Notes: a model not told the origin generated them from the sequence alone. 64,000 nt of DNA from Lytechinus pictus (GCF_037042905.1 NC_087250.1:4528001-4592000); one strand, 5' to 3'; positions 50,901 through 64,000 are shown, counted from the first letter of the stretch. A program made the numbers and translations.

Positions 50901-53900
50901 AGATAGATCTACTTTTGAGAAGTACTTACATCCTGATAGACTTGCGAAAATCTCATCACTGTTGGGAATGGGTTCTGCGTCGAACACTGTCACTCGATTC
51001 AATCGACGAAAATCTACGTAGAAACGGTTTGTCCCATCAGCTTTTCCAACTAACACAATTGGCGATGAATAAGGAGACTCAGACTGCTCAATCACTCCCA
51101 TCTCGAGCATCTTCTTGACTTCTTGCGAGCATGTGCAGTGGGGTATGGTCTCTGACGTACTGGCTCATCTGTAGTCAGCTTGATTGAATGAGTGCCCAAC
51201 TTACACTCTCCTGGAAGATCAGTAAGGACTTCCCTGTAATCAAGTAACAAAGACTTTACCTCACGCTTCTGCTCCTTAGATAAGTTCTTGCACACTGAAA
51301 CATCTTCTGTCGTCTCAGTTGCTTCAAGTGGAGGGAGATGAATACTGATGGACTTGAGCTTCCCTGACATCGGACTAGCTTCACTGTCATCATCCTCGGT
51401 CACGACAACAGCTTGAGCGCTAACCGCTGGATCTTCATCACCCGTCAAAGACTCTTCTCTGTCTTCTTCTCTGCTGATATAACGTTTCAACAAATTAGCA
51501 TGGAAAGTCTTAAGTTTTCCATTAATGTCTAACCTATAATCCTGATCACTGAGCTTGTGCACAACAGTGAATGGACCTTTCCACTGTACTAACAATTTGT
51601 TGTGTTTAGTAGGTAACAACAACAAAACTTGATCTCCTACCTGAAATCTTCTCTCCCTACTCTTCGAGTTGTAGTACTTTGAACTTCTTTCCATCGACTT
51701 CCTCAGCTCTTGCTGTGCAACCTCTAACGTCGATTCCAGTCGTTCCTTCAGCTCGACTACATACTGGTAGGTTGATTTCAACTCCTCATTCTGCTGCTTA
51801 CCCGTCCAAAGTTCCTTGAGAATCATTAAGGGTCCTCTTACAGTGCGTCCGTACAGGAGTTCGAAAGGTGAGAAACCCATAGAAGCCTGAGGAGCCTCCC
51901 TGTAAGCAAACAAAATAGGTGCGAGATACCGATCCCAATCAGAGGGACAGTCTGAACAAGTTCTTCGTAAAATCTTCTTCAACGTGCCGTTGAATCGTTC
52001 AACGAGCCCATTGCAGGCAGGGTGATATGGGGTCGTCATCATTTGCTTTATTGAAAGCAACTTCCCAATATCCTTCATAAGATCAGAGGTGAACTGAGTG
52101 CCCTGATCTGACAAAATCTCCTGTGGTACACCGACTCTGGAGAAAATCTGAACAAGTGCCTCTGCAACAGTAGTTGTCTCTATGTTGGGCAAGGCTACCG
52201 CCTCTGGGTACCTAGTAGCACAATCAACCACTGTAAGAATATACCTATTCTTCCTGGAAGTGATAGGTTGAATCGGTCCTATCAAATCAACAGCTATTCT
52301 CTTGAATGGAACATCGATAATTTGCATCTTGCCAAGAGGAACTCGTGGGACCCTTCCCTTGCTAATAGTTCTCTGACAGATATCACACGACTGGCAGAAT
52401 CTACTCACATCTGCTTGTAATCCTGGCCAAAAGAAACTCAACATTATCTTATCTGAAGTCTTTTTGACACCCTGATGTCCACCCATAATACCTTCATGTG
52501 CCAGTTTCATAACAACCTTCCGATAGGGCTTAGGCACAACAAGTTGCACAACCTGGTTTCCATTCACAACACTACTTGGTTGGAAAACTCTATGCAGCAA
52601 ACCACCCTGAAAGAAAAAATAATTTCTCTTACCTTCTTTGCTACCATCCTCAGTCTCAGCAAGTTCTCTTGCCTTCTTAAGTGTAGGATCTGCTAACTGT
52701 GCTTCCTGTATATCCTGTGGAGAAACTTCTGGAATGGGAGACATTACCTTCAAAGGAGCTTGCTTTCTCTCAGCAGCTTTAACCTGTGACCTCGTCTCAA
52801 CAGCCATCCCCACCTCAGACAAAGCATTATCTGTGACAACATTACCTGATGTCGGCATTCCCCAATTTGGATTCGGCGCATCTGGAGGAAGAACATTCTG
52901 GATATTTCCTACAATAACATCAAACAGTGGTGCTCGTACACAAAGCGCCACAACGGTTCCTACAAAAAACGGACAATCAATATGTATCGTAGCCGTAGGA
53001 TACCAACGTACCGTACCATCAATGAGAATACACAGCTTGTATTTCCCAGTCATCTGATCCTTCTTGACTAGTTTCTTCCGAATCACAACACAAGTACACC
53101 CTGTGTCTCTAAGAACAGAAACTGTCTGAGAATTCACAATACCATCAGTAACAGGCATTAGTTCGCGTAACTTACCTTTACAAGTCGCACACATCTCAGA
53201 TATTTTCTCCTTCTGTTTCTTCCTCTGTTTCCTCGTAGGTCTTGTCTGGTCCATACCTGAGGCAGACATCATGACAAACAGCCCACTCTCAAGCTGGGAT
53301 GTATCACTGCCATCACCTAAATCTTTAGAAGAAGAACACGTAGGACATGGATCATGAGATTTAGTCTTACCTGAAGACTTCCTATGTTTATTGGTTTTGG
53401 ACCCAATATCTACAAAACTTCCACCCTTCTCAGGTTTTGATTTAGAACTTGACTTACAATTTCTTGCAAGGTGACCCATTTGATCACACAGATAGCAAGG
53501 ACCAATTTGCTTTCGGCCCTTAGGCTTTTCCCTATGAAAACCATCACTCTTTGTTTCAGACTTATGAGGTGTCATTACTTTGGTTTCCTTTCTTGGACCC
53601 TTGAAATGACCACCATGTGCTGAAATATAAATCTGAGCAGTTTCAGTCATTTCCCTTGTCGACTGAGGAGTACGCTCTCTCAGGTAAATAGCTAATCCTG
53701 GATTTATCTGCTCTAAGAACTGCTGTCTAATTATCAAATCTTTCAACCCTTCAAATGATTTGGCTGTATCTGTCAGATCTACCCATCTCTCGAAGTAATG
53801 TTCTAACCTCGCCATAAACTGACCAGCAGACTCTCCTGTCTCTGGAGTTGCTCTGTAGAACTTCTTCCGGAAGTCATCTGCAGACATCTGGTATCTACGA

Positions 53901-56900
53901 AGGAGGGCGTCCTTGAGAGTTGAATACTTAGCAGCTTCATCTGGTGCCAACCTACTGTAGACTTCTAGAGCCTTCCCCTGTAGAAGTGCGCACCTAAATT
54001 AATGGCCCAACAATCACTTTGCCATTTCTGACTATTTGCGTACCTTTCAAAACGCTCTAGGTATGCATCTATGTTATCCCTACTATCGTCAAAGTGAGGT
54101 AACTTTGGGACTTTTGTCAAACTATGGGTTCGCATCCTGTTATTTCCTAACTGGGATTCATTACCCTTATTAGCCTGCACTAAGGCCAACTGTTTATCTA
54201 ATATATTTTCCTCTAACTGCTTTAACTCAATTTCCTGTCTCCTATCTTCCCTTACAGTTGCTCTCTCTTCTCTTGCTTGTTGTTCTCTATCCTTAATGAA
54301 ATCCAACAAGTCTTTACCCACTAATCCTAACTCCTTACCTAAGTTAATCAATTTTTCATCAATAGAATCCATTATGAGAACTTAACCAGGTAGAACTATT
54401 GTATCAAAAGGTTAAAATTCTATCTGAGAAAATAACTTCTTCCAAACACGCGCGCAAAGTTACGCAAAATGATTACTTACCAAAGAATCAAGAACACTTT
54501 AACCGACTTGGAAGACTTGCATCCGATTTCCGTTCTAATCACCAAATCACAACTATCCCTATTATTGAAGAGAATACAAAACATTCAAAGAGAAGTAGCA
54601 TTAACGATCAAAACGGTAAATAATATTCACATGAAATTACATTCTATGGAGTATCCTGCTTTGACTTGATAATATCTAATATATCCCATTATACAAAGCA
54701 AAAATAATGTCCAAGAACAATCTATGAATATTCTTAGGTAGAAAAATTCCAAATTTGTACTTCACAAAATGAGAATATCTATTTCACTTTTGGTAATAAA
54801 GAAGTATAAGAGGAAACCTAATTCTGCGAGAGGTCCCGGGTTCGACTCCCGGACAAGCCCCCAAAAATGTCACACCTGAATAAATTCAAATGGACATAAC
54901 TTGTGTCGAATGGTGACTCTCTCAACTCACTACTGTAAAACTAAATAAATGACCATGGAAGACAATTATTATTTAGTTCAACAAATAAAATATGTTTAGT
55001 TTTATTACTCGTTTTCCGGCTTCAACTTCCAACATTTAAATTCAATCTTCTGGTTTTGGTGGACCAGAATAAACAGAAGATAAACAATAATAACAAAAAT
55101 ATATTCAACTCGAAGGAAGTTACACAATAGTATATATATGGTTACAAAACAATGCTTTAAATCTCTGGAGGGTATAAATAAAATAACCCACTTTAATCAA
55201 CTGTTGCTTCCTGCTAAAAATTCATGAGGAGTAACGAATGAGTAAAACGAGCGATGATAAACGACCATCATCAGATCTTGTCAGCGAGGGTGCTGTCCGT
55301 TCTTGGTGGGTGCCCTCTAATAAACCTTTACTCCTACTCTTGACTGGTCTGGTCAATGGCTGAAAATGAGCTGCCAGACTTCTTTACTTCTGAAGAACCA
55401 CTGGGTGAACTCCCAGGTAGATGAAGAAGAACCCATCTACAATTAAACAATTTCCAAAACTTAAAAAGTCTACGGAATACATATAGGACAATAACCATAA
55501 CATAATAGGTTATCTATATTCAAGGAAACATCATTTCCCTAGCTTAATTCAAGTATAATCTAGAATGACATAATTCGGTCATTGAAAAGAAAGCATCATC
55601 ATTTCTCTTAAATCTAACATTTCATACAAAGAAATTCCATGACATGAGAAACACTTTCCATAATCCATTAATGCTTAGGAAAAGCAAAGTTTCTTATATA
55701 TTTTAAGAATATCATTTTAAGACCTTTCAATATTTCAACAGATGGAATTATTGTTGACATATAATAATCTTTTAATGAAAAAATATAGTTAGCATCTTTC
55801 ACATCTCACATTTTAGAGGTTTTCTTTGACCTTTTGTTATTCTCAATGAATAATAAAAATCCAAGACATAAATGAGACAAAAAAACAACTAAACTTACAG
55901 TTTGACTGGGATGACTAAATGCAGGAAATCAGGAACAGGCCTCCATGTTGGTTTAGTGAATCTTGACTCTGGAATATAGTTTTATTGCAGCACAAGTGTT
56001 TGGCTTAAAACTCTAACTCTCCATTTCCAATCGCCCAACTGGACCCAAGGACCAATAGGTCCTGCCTGTGTGAAAGCTGTGCAGATAGTGAGGTACTCCT
56101 GCTAAAACAGGCAACCCACCCAGTTCAAAAATGCTGAGTATGTTAATTACAATTAAGTGCGATGGAGCCTAACCACTGAGCCTAACTACTCACTATTCAC
56201 TCCAGAGCACTATTGTGCATTACATAATACAAAGGATTAAGAATACACTTGAGGGGGAAGGTTGAATCTCTAACACAATGCAAATGGAGATATTGGCCCA
56301 TTGCCACTTCGGCCACACAGGCGAGTTACTCGAGGTGATGCAAATTCGTTAACATATATTAATATTCGTGTTCATAAATACTCACGAACTGTTATATAAA
56401 TAACTCTCGTCTGACACTACCAAGAAAATGTAGGATGAATATAACTCTTCGGTCTCGTGTTAAGCTTGCATTCGGGATCCTGTAGAAAATTAAGTAGGAA
56501 ATAAAGCATTTTTTCATGTGTGTGCATTCTTTTGTTTTCGCTTCAGGAATGGGTTCAAACATAATGTCTATTAGTATGGTGATAACCTTGAGTAGCCAGT
56601 CTGGCGATGCCTTTGGAGTCTTCTACGGCATTGGCAAATCAGGATATGCATTCGGGATGGCCCTTGTGCCACTGCTTGCTGATTACCTGATGGGTATATA
56701 CGGCTGGAGAGGGTCCTTACTGATCCTCGGAGGCATCATGGCACATCTGATACCTTTGGCATTGATGGTGGACTTCAAGGAAGTGGAGGACGAAATGGTT
56801 GGTGATAGAAACCCACATAATCCTGATAGGATGACGGAAGAGCTCTTGGATACGATCGACGAGGAATCAACGTGTGTGGATTCAAGTAAGCAGATAGAAT

Positions 56901-58711
56901 CGCTTCATCAATTTGGCAAGCCTGCACCAGCAAGATCTATTTACACCAACGTTAGGTCAGACTGTGATAACATTCGAGATGAAAGTTCAAGCAACACGCA
57001 TGAGGATTTCAACGAAGACACACGTGGGGAAACATCTATGATGCTAGAATCCCCTTCACGGCAACACATTAAGAAAATGGGTGATAAGCCGGGGGCAGGT
57101 TTACCCATCATCGGTCGAATAGACTGTTCCAAACTGTACGGCGATGGATGCCAAACCTTGACCGACTCCATTTACAATCAGGATCGTTGGATGATCCTTC
57201 TTATGCTAGTTACTCTGGTATATGGTACAATGAACGGTGGTTGGTACTCCTTCCTCATCCCACGCGCGGTCGCTCTCGGCGTCCCTACTTCCAAGGCTTT
57301 GTGTTTCGCTTACGCAGCAGCAACCGCAGCTTTTATTGGACGCTGCTTCAGCGGGGTCATTTTGAAGTATATCCCCATACCAGGGCAATCCTCGTTTCTT
57401 TTCCTGACTTTCCTCAACATAGCGTCACTCCTTGTGGATATTTATGTCTCTAATTTTGCGGTAAAGATCGTGACTTCGTTTATTACGTCACTGACGATTG
57501 CCGAGAGGAACATCCTGGTATTGGTCATTTGCAAGGACCGGGCTCCTCTTTCCGACTTTCCGGTCATACTGGCTTCTTCCGAGATTGCGTTTGGTGTTGG
57601 AGCCTTTCTGGGATCTTCCTTAACTGGTAAGACTTCCTGTCCCTTATACGTCCTATTATGAACTACATTTACAAGAAAATGTACTCCTTCCCACATATTC
57701 ATATACACACGCCCACACAAAAAGTCTACACCCACACGCGCCCCCCCCCCCACACACACACACACATAAACCTATACCATGACATAAACCTATACCTCTA
57801 CCATAATTAAACACCATTAACAAAATCACTTTTATCATGATAATTTTGCGGGGTTTTTGTTGTTTTATTATTTTTTGTTGTGTGTGTTTTTATACATTAT
57901 ATCGCCATTTTCAAATAGCAGCATAATATCACATCAATTTGCGATGCACTATTTTAGTCACGTCATCTACAACTCCACAATCAATCCCGGGGAGGGCGGG
58001 AAGTCAAATGTATTGCTGTACACATGCGTGACCAAATTATTTCAAAACACTCCCCCCCCCCCCCCCCAACGAGTTTTTCTCTGTGTGCAAGAAGACCCCC
58101 TAAACAAGTTTTCCGCGGGATTTTTTTACACTTTTTGGTCCCTAAAAAAGTTTTCGCCAGAATACGCCCCCTAAGTTTTGTCTCGGGCCAGAACACTTTT
58201 CAGAAACGAGGAAAAAAGCCCCTGGGAAAAACATGGGGCCTACCCTAAACACGTTTGGCTAGTCTTTAAGAAAAACTTTAGAAAAAAACATACACTGAAT
58301 ACGTTTGACCACGCGATTGAACATTGACCAGTCTTTCAAAACCACCTTTTTAAAAAAAATCTGTGTTTTTGATACCCTTCACGAGTGCACACGCGGTCCG
58401 CGTCCAAAACTGAAAAAAAAAAACACCCCTTCAAACGCGCTTTTTTGGTCACGCATGTCTACAGCAATATATATGACTATCCCACCCCCCCCCCCCCCAT
58501 GGGATCAATCACTCACTGCCTAATCCGATGATGACACTGCCACATATATTTATACATCATATGTCACAGATTTAAAATGTTCTTTATCGTTCTTTAAACA
58601 GGTTACGTGGCAGACGTAACAGGATCTTTCAACGCTTCATTTATGTTCATCGCAGCGGTCGATACGATGGTTTTCCTCCTCATGCTCCCGCTGATAATCG
58701 CAGACAGATAA
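41966..58711 (+). CDS. Major facilitator superfamily transporter, SLC16/monocarboxylate-transporter-like, 4 coding exons, ~511 aa
   Basis: Exons 41966-42161 (MEIRS...LALGLFDALAFGP|gtaagc), 47285-47434 (GPAVTYLYQRLGG...LSIA|gtacgt), 56547-57626 (YGWRGSLLILGG motif, long acidic central loop, FIGR), 58602-58711 (GYVADVTGSFNASF...DR*). All introns are phase 1; total 1536 nt. Multiple hydrophobic TM segments. The start codon is the least certain part. Confidence 0.85.
43690..44630 (-). mobile_element. 5'-truncated CR1/L2-group LINE fragment
   Basis: ORFs 44276-44623 (NYLGIIFDDLL..HI) and 43995-44192 (LAPEYL..LWNKLP); same 3' terminal motif (gcagggtagccctttcagtta) as ~36689. Confidence 0.85.
45129..46216. 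mobile_element. Non-autonomous DNA element containing an internal palindromic segment (45525-45820)
   Basis: Imperfect TIR CAGTCAG..GCAGGTCCC / GGGACCTGC..CTGACTG; internal inverted repeat TTTAATCGGGTCAAGATCACACTTTTC. Confidence 0.5.
47646..48376. mobile_element. piggyBac-like MITE
   Basis: TTGA|CCCTCAATAGACTGGG ... CCCAGTCTTCTTAGGG|TTAA. Confidence 0.55.
48400..49807 (-). repeat. 3' LTR (1408 bp)
   Basis: Near-identical direct repeat of 54868-56275; I saw 3 substitutions by eye. Confidence 0.95.
49926..54372 (-). pseudogene. Disrupted gag-pol polyprotein of the gypsy element
   Basis: 53965-54372 gag N-terminus. 51092-53950 gag with CCHC knuckle (CYLCDQMGHLARNC), protease (LRDTGC), integrase (AHEGIMGGH..C..C, IAVDLIGP, SDQG, VERFN). 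50877-51110 and 49926-50813 RT (YLDD) and RNase H (TDAS, TDHKPL). Frameshifts near 53990 and 51125; in-frame TAA at 50877-50879. Confidence 0.93.
54825..54863 (-). promoter_or_regulatory. Primer-binding site complementary to tRNA-Pro (extended, 39 nt)
   Basis: Plus strand reads TGCGAGAGGTCCCGGGTTCGACTCCCGGACAAGCCCCCA, a eukaryotic tRNA-Pro-like 3' half including CCA, 4 nt from the LTR. Confidence 0.88.
54868..56275 (-). repeat. 5' LTR (1408 bp)
   Basis: Direct repeat of 48400-49807; followed on the minus strand by the PBS TGGGGGCTTGTCCGGGA. Confidence 0.95.
57986..58503. mobile_element. MITE with CCCGGG termini (copy of 7176-7624)
   Basis: Homologous in reverse orientation; ATCAAT repeated on both flanks. 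Confidence 0.78.
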
Positions 58712-59894
58712 GCATGGTGTACCGGCTTAAGTATTTAAATGAGTAGAATATGAACCTATAATACTTAATTGTGTGTCTTTATAGTGAAACCTGCCCGACC
58801 TCCGTCCTGCCTATCATCTGAATGAAATTTTTCGGTTTCCCCCTTTCTCTCGTTCTGTCGCTCTAAATTCCATAAATTAATCGAATGGCAAACTTAATCT
58901 TTGGGTTTAACACTGGCCTACCCTAAACCTAACATAAAACCCTATTGCAACCCTAACCCTACATCCAAGACAAAATTAAGCACGGAGCAATATTGACCCA
59001 GGAGCAAATGTTGTGACACCATTATGATAACCCCACTGCACAATTTTTGTAACAAGTCTACTATAAGCTAATCAGATTGAATGGTTCGCAGTAGTTTTAC
59101 GCTGTTATTGCAGATTTGCTATTATAACATGTAAAATGAAATGGGCTGGGGACAGAACTAAGAATACATCCGATTAAACCCAAATTATAAGGTTTCTTGG
59201 CCAATTCAAAGTTCCCCTGAAATCTTAACAAGGGGGATTAACCCCACCCAACATTTTTTTTTTCATTCAATAAACGTGTAAAAAATGTCAACAAAGATAC
59301 CATCTGATCCCCCGCGCACACTCACACACAAACACACACACATACACTTTCAAAACCATTCCACTGTGCGTAATTTTGGTTCCAGGACAATTGCTCCAGC
59401 GACAATTGTTGCTCCGCTGTAAATTCCATACACTAAAGGAATGACCCATTTCAACCCTGGATTTAACACGATACCCTATCCTTTAAACCTAAAAATAAAA
59501 CCCTTTTGCAAGCCTAACCCTATATCTCAGACGAAATAGACCCGGAACAACTGTCGGCGGAGCAGATGTCGCGTCACCGTAAATTTATATGGATAAAGAT
59601 AATGAAACTCGCGCACCAGGGTGGCTCGTTTGAAAGCTGGAGAATTGAAGGGGAATGAAACATTCGGAACAAATGAACTTGTGTGGAAAGAGATAAATCA
59701 AAGAATAAGATCAAATAAATTTTGATAAAAATCTAACAAATACAGGGAAAGTTATGAGCATTTGAATATTGCGATCACTAATGCTATGGAGATCCTCCTA
59801 TTGGCAATGCGGCAAAGATTTGTGATGTCACATGTGAACAACTCCCTTTGATGGACTATAAAATACCACCAAAATGTCTCTTTTTGCTCTTCTA

Positions 59895-62800
59895 TTGTGC
59901 ATCGATCTATCCAACTTGTTTAAAATGGCACGCCCTAATACCAGGAGCTCCCTTGTTGTGCAGGACACAGTGGATGGCATCATTAGTGACAGAAAATTCC
60001 TGAACTTTATTAAAAACTTTGTTTCTGAATCAATCTCTAATAAGCTGGTTCAACTGCAAAAGAGGATAGATGAAAATGAAGGCAAAATTCTTGAGTAATT
60101 AATCAAACCTCCAAAAGAAGGATGAAGAAATTGTGAGCCTAAAAAAATAACTCGAGTCAACAAGTGATCAAGCTGTGGCAAATCAAATGAAATATGAGGA
60201 ACTTCATCAATATGGTCGCCGGAATAGTCTACGGATATTTGGCATCAAAGAAAACAAAGGAGAAAACACAGACCAGCTTGTTCTTGATGTTGCAAAGCAT
60301 GTTGGGTATACCTCTATCCATAAATGAAATAGATCGGTCTCATCGTACTGGTAAACCACCATCGGTCCAAGAGGAGACTCAACGACAGCAGAAGTCTACA
60401 AACAAGCCTCCTGATAGGAAGAAGGCTCGTGCACGTCGCATTCTGGTGAAGTTCACGAGCTATCGATCGCGACAAGTACTTATGAAGAATAAAAAACGAC
60501 TGAAAAACACAGAAATTAGCATCATGGAGGACCTCATCAAAAGCAAACTAGATCTCTTGAAAGCAATTTACAGATGTGAAGCTGTAGAACAAGCATGGAC
60601 AACAGATGGAAAAGTCATTGCTCTGATCAAAGCTCAAAATGGAAAGAAAGTGACAAAACTCATACCAAGTGACAGTGACCTCTCCAACTTGCCCAGGCAA
60701 TGCAGGCATAGATGACGACGTCTCATACTTACCAACCAAAGCCTATTGGGCAGAATTATACTATGATCTGGTCTAATTCAATGTAATTGTGGTTCCTGGA
60801 CTATTGGAAATTGGTGCTCCTACTTTTGAACTTTCATTGCTTTTGCAATTTTTATGTTTGTACATAATATATATCATATTTTGATTTAATTACTTGCATG
60901 TATTTTTACCTTCTTGACTTCCCCTTTTTTTCTCTTCTTCTGAGGTAATATTCTAATGGAAATGATGACAAGTGAGTGTGAGTGTCAATTAACCCCTGAG
61001 CAGCTCAGGATCTGAGCTTGCTATGTTTTCTCAAAATAAATTTTCTATTATGCACCTTAACTGTAGAAGCTTGAATAGAAATTATTCTGAAATAGAGACT
61101 TTATTGTATTTATTACATCATCAATTCGATGTAATTGCTTTTTCTGAAACCTGGATAAAAGAGAACACTGCTCCAGAATATATTTTTAAAGATTATAGTT
61201 ATGTCGGATTAGGCGTCATAAAAGACATTGCGGTGGTGTTGGCTTTGGTATAAAAAATAGTATTGATTTTGTAAACAGATGTGATCTTAATATTTTCTGT
61301 GATACATGTGAAAGTTGCTTTATTGAAATTCCTAACCTGGGTAGAAACCTCACAATTGGAGTATTTTATAGACCCCCTGAAAAATCAATCAATGAATTTA
61401 TTAATGTTCTTACCAATACTGTTGAAAAGGTTAATGGTGAGCAGAAACATTGCATATTTTTGGGTGATTACAATATAGATATAAGAAAGATGGATAAATT
61501 GAATTACGTTGATGAATTTCTTAAAATTATGTCATCATTTTTTTTTCCCCACTAATTACTCTACCCACCAGGATTACTCAAACTTCGTCAACTTTAATTG
61601 ATACTATTTTTGTTAATAACTCATGTAACCTTTATTATGGTTCTGTTATCTGTGATGTGTCTGATCATTATCCAATATTTTCTATTTTTGATTATTCGTT
61701 GCCAACGAAGTCAAGTAACAAATTCTATAAACGGCAAATTACTGAAGATGGCATCATTATGTTCTTACAAAGATCATCAGAGATTGACTTTTCTTGTATT
61801 TATGACAGTCACAATATTGCTGACCCTAGCTTACTATATGATGAATTAATGAAAATTATTCTTGAAATATATGAAATTAGTTTCCCATTAAAAGAAATAG
61901 TAAGCCGAAAGCAAAAGAATGATTAATTTAATATAACACTCAAAACGCATGTATAGACAGAAGAACAGGTTGTATGCAAACTTCATAAAGAAACCTACGG
62001 ATAATAAAAAGGCAAAATATAAATCTTTTAAGAATAAATATTTCAGTCTTGTTAGAAAAACTTAACAAGAATTTTATTACTCTAAATTTAATGAAGTGAA
62101 AAACAATCTTTGTAAAACCTGGAAAGTTATAAATGGTTTATTAACCAAACAGACCTGAAACCTCTGATAATAACTTAGTTTTTAGAAATAATGAAATAGA
62201 TATCAGAAATGAAAATGACATTGCACATGCATTTAACAAATATTTTATCAATATTGGACATACTATCACAAACAACATTGCAAGAGGTCATATCGATTAT
62301 AGTTTTTACCTGAAAAACACCCTGGCTTGTTCTTTATTTCTCAAACCAATTACTGAAAAGGAAATTATTCACATTGCCAATTGCTTACAGAATGGAAAAG
62401 CCCCAGGAATTGATGGTGTTGAAAATTTTGTTGTAAAAAAGACTATTCATATTTTATGTAAACCATTATGCTTTATTTTCAATTTATGTATTCAAGAAGG
62501 TATATTTTCTGATAGTTGTAAAATATAAAAGTTATTCCTGTATATAAATCTGGCCAAAAAAAATGTTTCTCAAATTAAAGACCAATTTTGTTATCATGTT
62601 TCTCCAAAATGCTGGAGAAATGTATTTATTCTAGGTTAATTAAATATTTTAATAATAATCATATACTTTATTAAAAACAATTTGGATTTAAAGAAAAACA
62701 TTGCACATCTCATGCCCTGATAGATTCTTTAAATGACATTATAAATGCTTATGAAAATAACAAAATAACGTTTGGAGTGTTCATTGATCTAAAAAAGGCG

Positions 62801-64000
62801 TTCGATTGTATTAACCATGACATACTGCTTAGTAAATTATCTTGTTATGGAATACGAGGTATCGCCCTTAAATTAATACAAAATTATTTAAGTAATAGAA
62901 AGCAATATGTTCTTTATAATTCATGTCATTCTTAGTTCAGAAAAGTATCATTAGGCGTACCGCAGGGTTCAATCCTCGGTCCTATTCTTTTCCTTATATA
63001 TATTAATGATCTTCATCTCTGTTCTAATTTATTAAAATTTGTTCTTTTTGCTGACGACACAAATTTTTTTTTTGTCACAGTGACATAGGTTAATTACAAC
63101 AAAATATGAATATGGAACTTAATAAAATACAGGAACGGTTCTCTGTTAATAATTTAGCTTTGAATATTCAGAAAACAAAGTTTCATGATCATCAGTAGAA
63201 ACAATGTAGATAAGAAATCTGTTAAATTATATATTAAATGATATTGAAGTAGAAAGGATGGAGCGTGTAAAATTTCTTGGAATTTACATTGATGATAATT
63301 TAAAATGGAAAAGTCATGTTAACAAGATAAACTCCCTCTTTTCTAGAAATATAGGTGTTTTAAATAGATTATGTGAATTTGTCCCACAAAGTATTCTCTT
63401 AATGCTTTATAACACTTTAATATTATCTAATCTCAATTATGGAATTATTGTTTGGGGGTCTTCAAATAAATAGTTGTTAGATAGAACTTTAGCTTTTAAT
63501 ACAGAAAAAGAGTAATCAGAATGATATCTTATTCTAGTTTCAGAGCTCACACTGCTCCACTCTTTCTTAAGTTTAAAATATTGCCTGTGTATGAATTATA
63601 TAGTTACGATCTTGGTATCTTTATGTATTTATACTACAAGAAATTACTTCCGATAAATTTTGATTCTTTGTTTTGTAAAAATTCTGATATTCACAATTAT
63701 GATACTAGAAAAAAATCAGATTACCGTGTTTCATGTGCGAAATTATCCTTATCCCGAAAGTCAATAATTCGTAATGGTCCTGTATTCTGGAACAGTCTCC
63801 CTGAAGATGTAAAGAATTAATTATCCCTTAATGTATTTAAATATAAACTTAAAACATTTCTTCTACAAAAACGTTAATTTCCTAGACTAAGTTACCTCAA
63901 TTTTTTTTTATCCCCTAGTCTTTCTTTGCAAAACTCAAACTTTTATTGACAAATTTAGGATTATGTCATAAGTTTTTAACTTTTTAAATGATCCCCCACA
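59895..64000 (+). mobile_element. Decayed near full-length CR1/L2-group LINE (ORF1 + APE-RT ORF2); 3' end probably runs off the window
   Basis: ORF1 from ATG 59925: coiled coil, EIDRSHRTG, ILVKFTSYRSR. ORF2 remnants from ~61023: HLNCRSL, FSETW, SDHYPIF (AP endonuclease), [44 protein letters not shown]. Many stops and frameshifts. Confidence 0.9.

Larger units (their letters stand above)
48400..56275 (-). mobile_element. Full-length Ty3/gypsy LTR retrotransposon of the Gmr1 type (gag-PR-IN-RT-RH), antisense in intron 2 of the SLC16-like gene
   Basis: Two 1408-bp LTRs (48400-49807, 54868-56275) with TGT...ACA ends; 5-bp TSD CAATG on both sides; tRNA-Pro PBS next to the 5' LTR; polypurine tract (minus AAGGAGGGGGTGA) at ~49808-49820; internal ORFs with retroelement domains. 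Confidence 0.97.

Noticed and set aside
53950..53995. Programmed ribosomal frameshift in gag
   Set aside because: Looks like a 2-nt GC duplication inside gag (LGALLQGKA); no slippery heptamer.
54825..54863. Stand-alone tRNA-Pro gene
   Set aside because: Only the 3' half is present, CCA is encoded and it abuts the LTR, so it is a PBS.

Overview
Eukaryotic, AT-rich, repeat-dense genomic DNA from an animal. The SINE/MITE/LINE repertoire looks echinoderm (sea-urchin-like), which is my inference only. Three spliced protein-coding genes can be rebuilt by hand. Two are tandem 8-coding-exon classical SDR (RDH11-14/DHRSX-like) paralogues on the minus strand (A: 12262..5852, 328 aa; B: 31101..19521, 327 aa) with identical intron phases. 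The third is a 4-exon SLC16/MCT-like MFS transporter on the plus strand (41966..58711, 511 aa). Introns and intergenic DNA hold a full-length, very young Gmr1-type Ty3/gypsy LTR retrotransposon (integrase before RT), a decayed near full-length CR1/L2-type LINE, RTE, L2/CR1 and Penelope fragments, tRNA-derived SINEs and many MITEs. The most unusual observations are: (1) the LTR element's primer-binding site is an entire tRNA-Pro 3' half (39 nt, positions 38-76); (2) a perfect short-arm cloverleaf tRNA with a UCA (opal) anticodon and Pol III terminator; (3) tandem amplifications centred on SDR exon boundaries (stop codon, donor, acceptor), plus a GC donor and a stop-inserting NAGNAG in paralogue B. 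All coordinates were read by eye; no searches were run.
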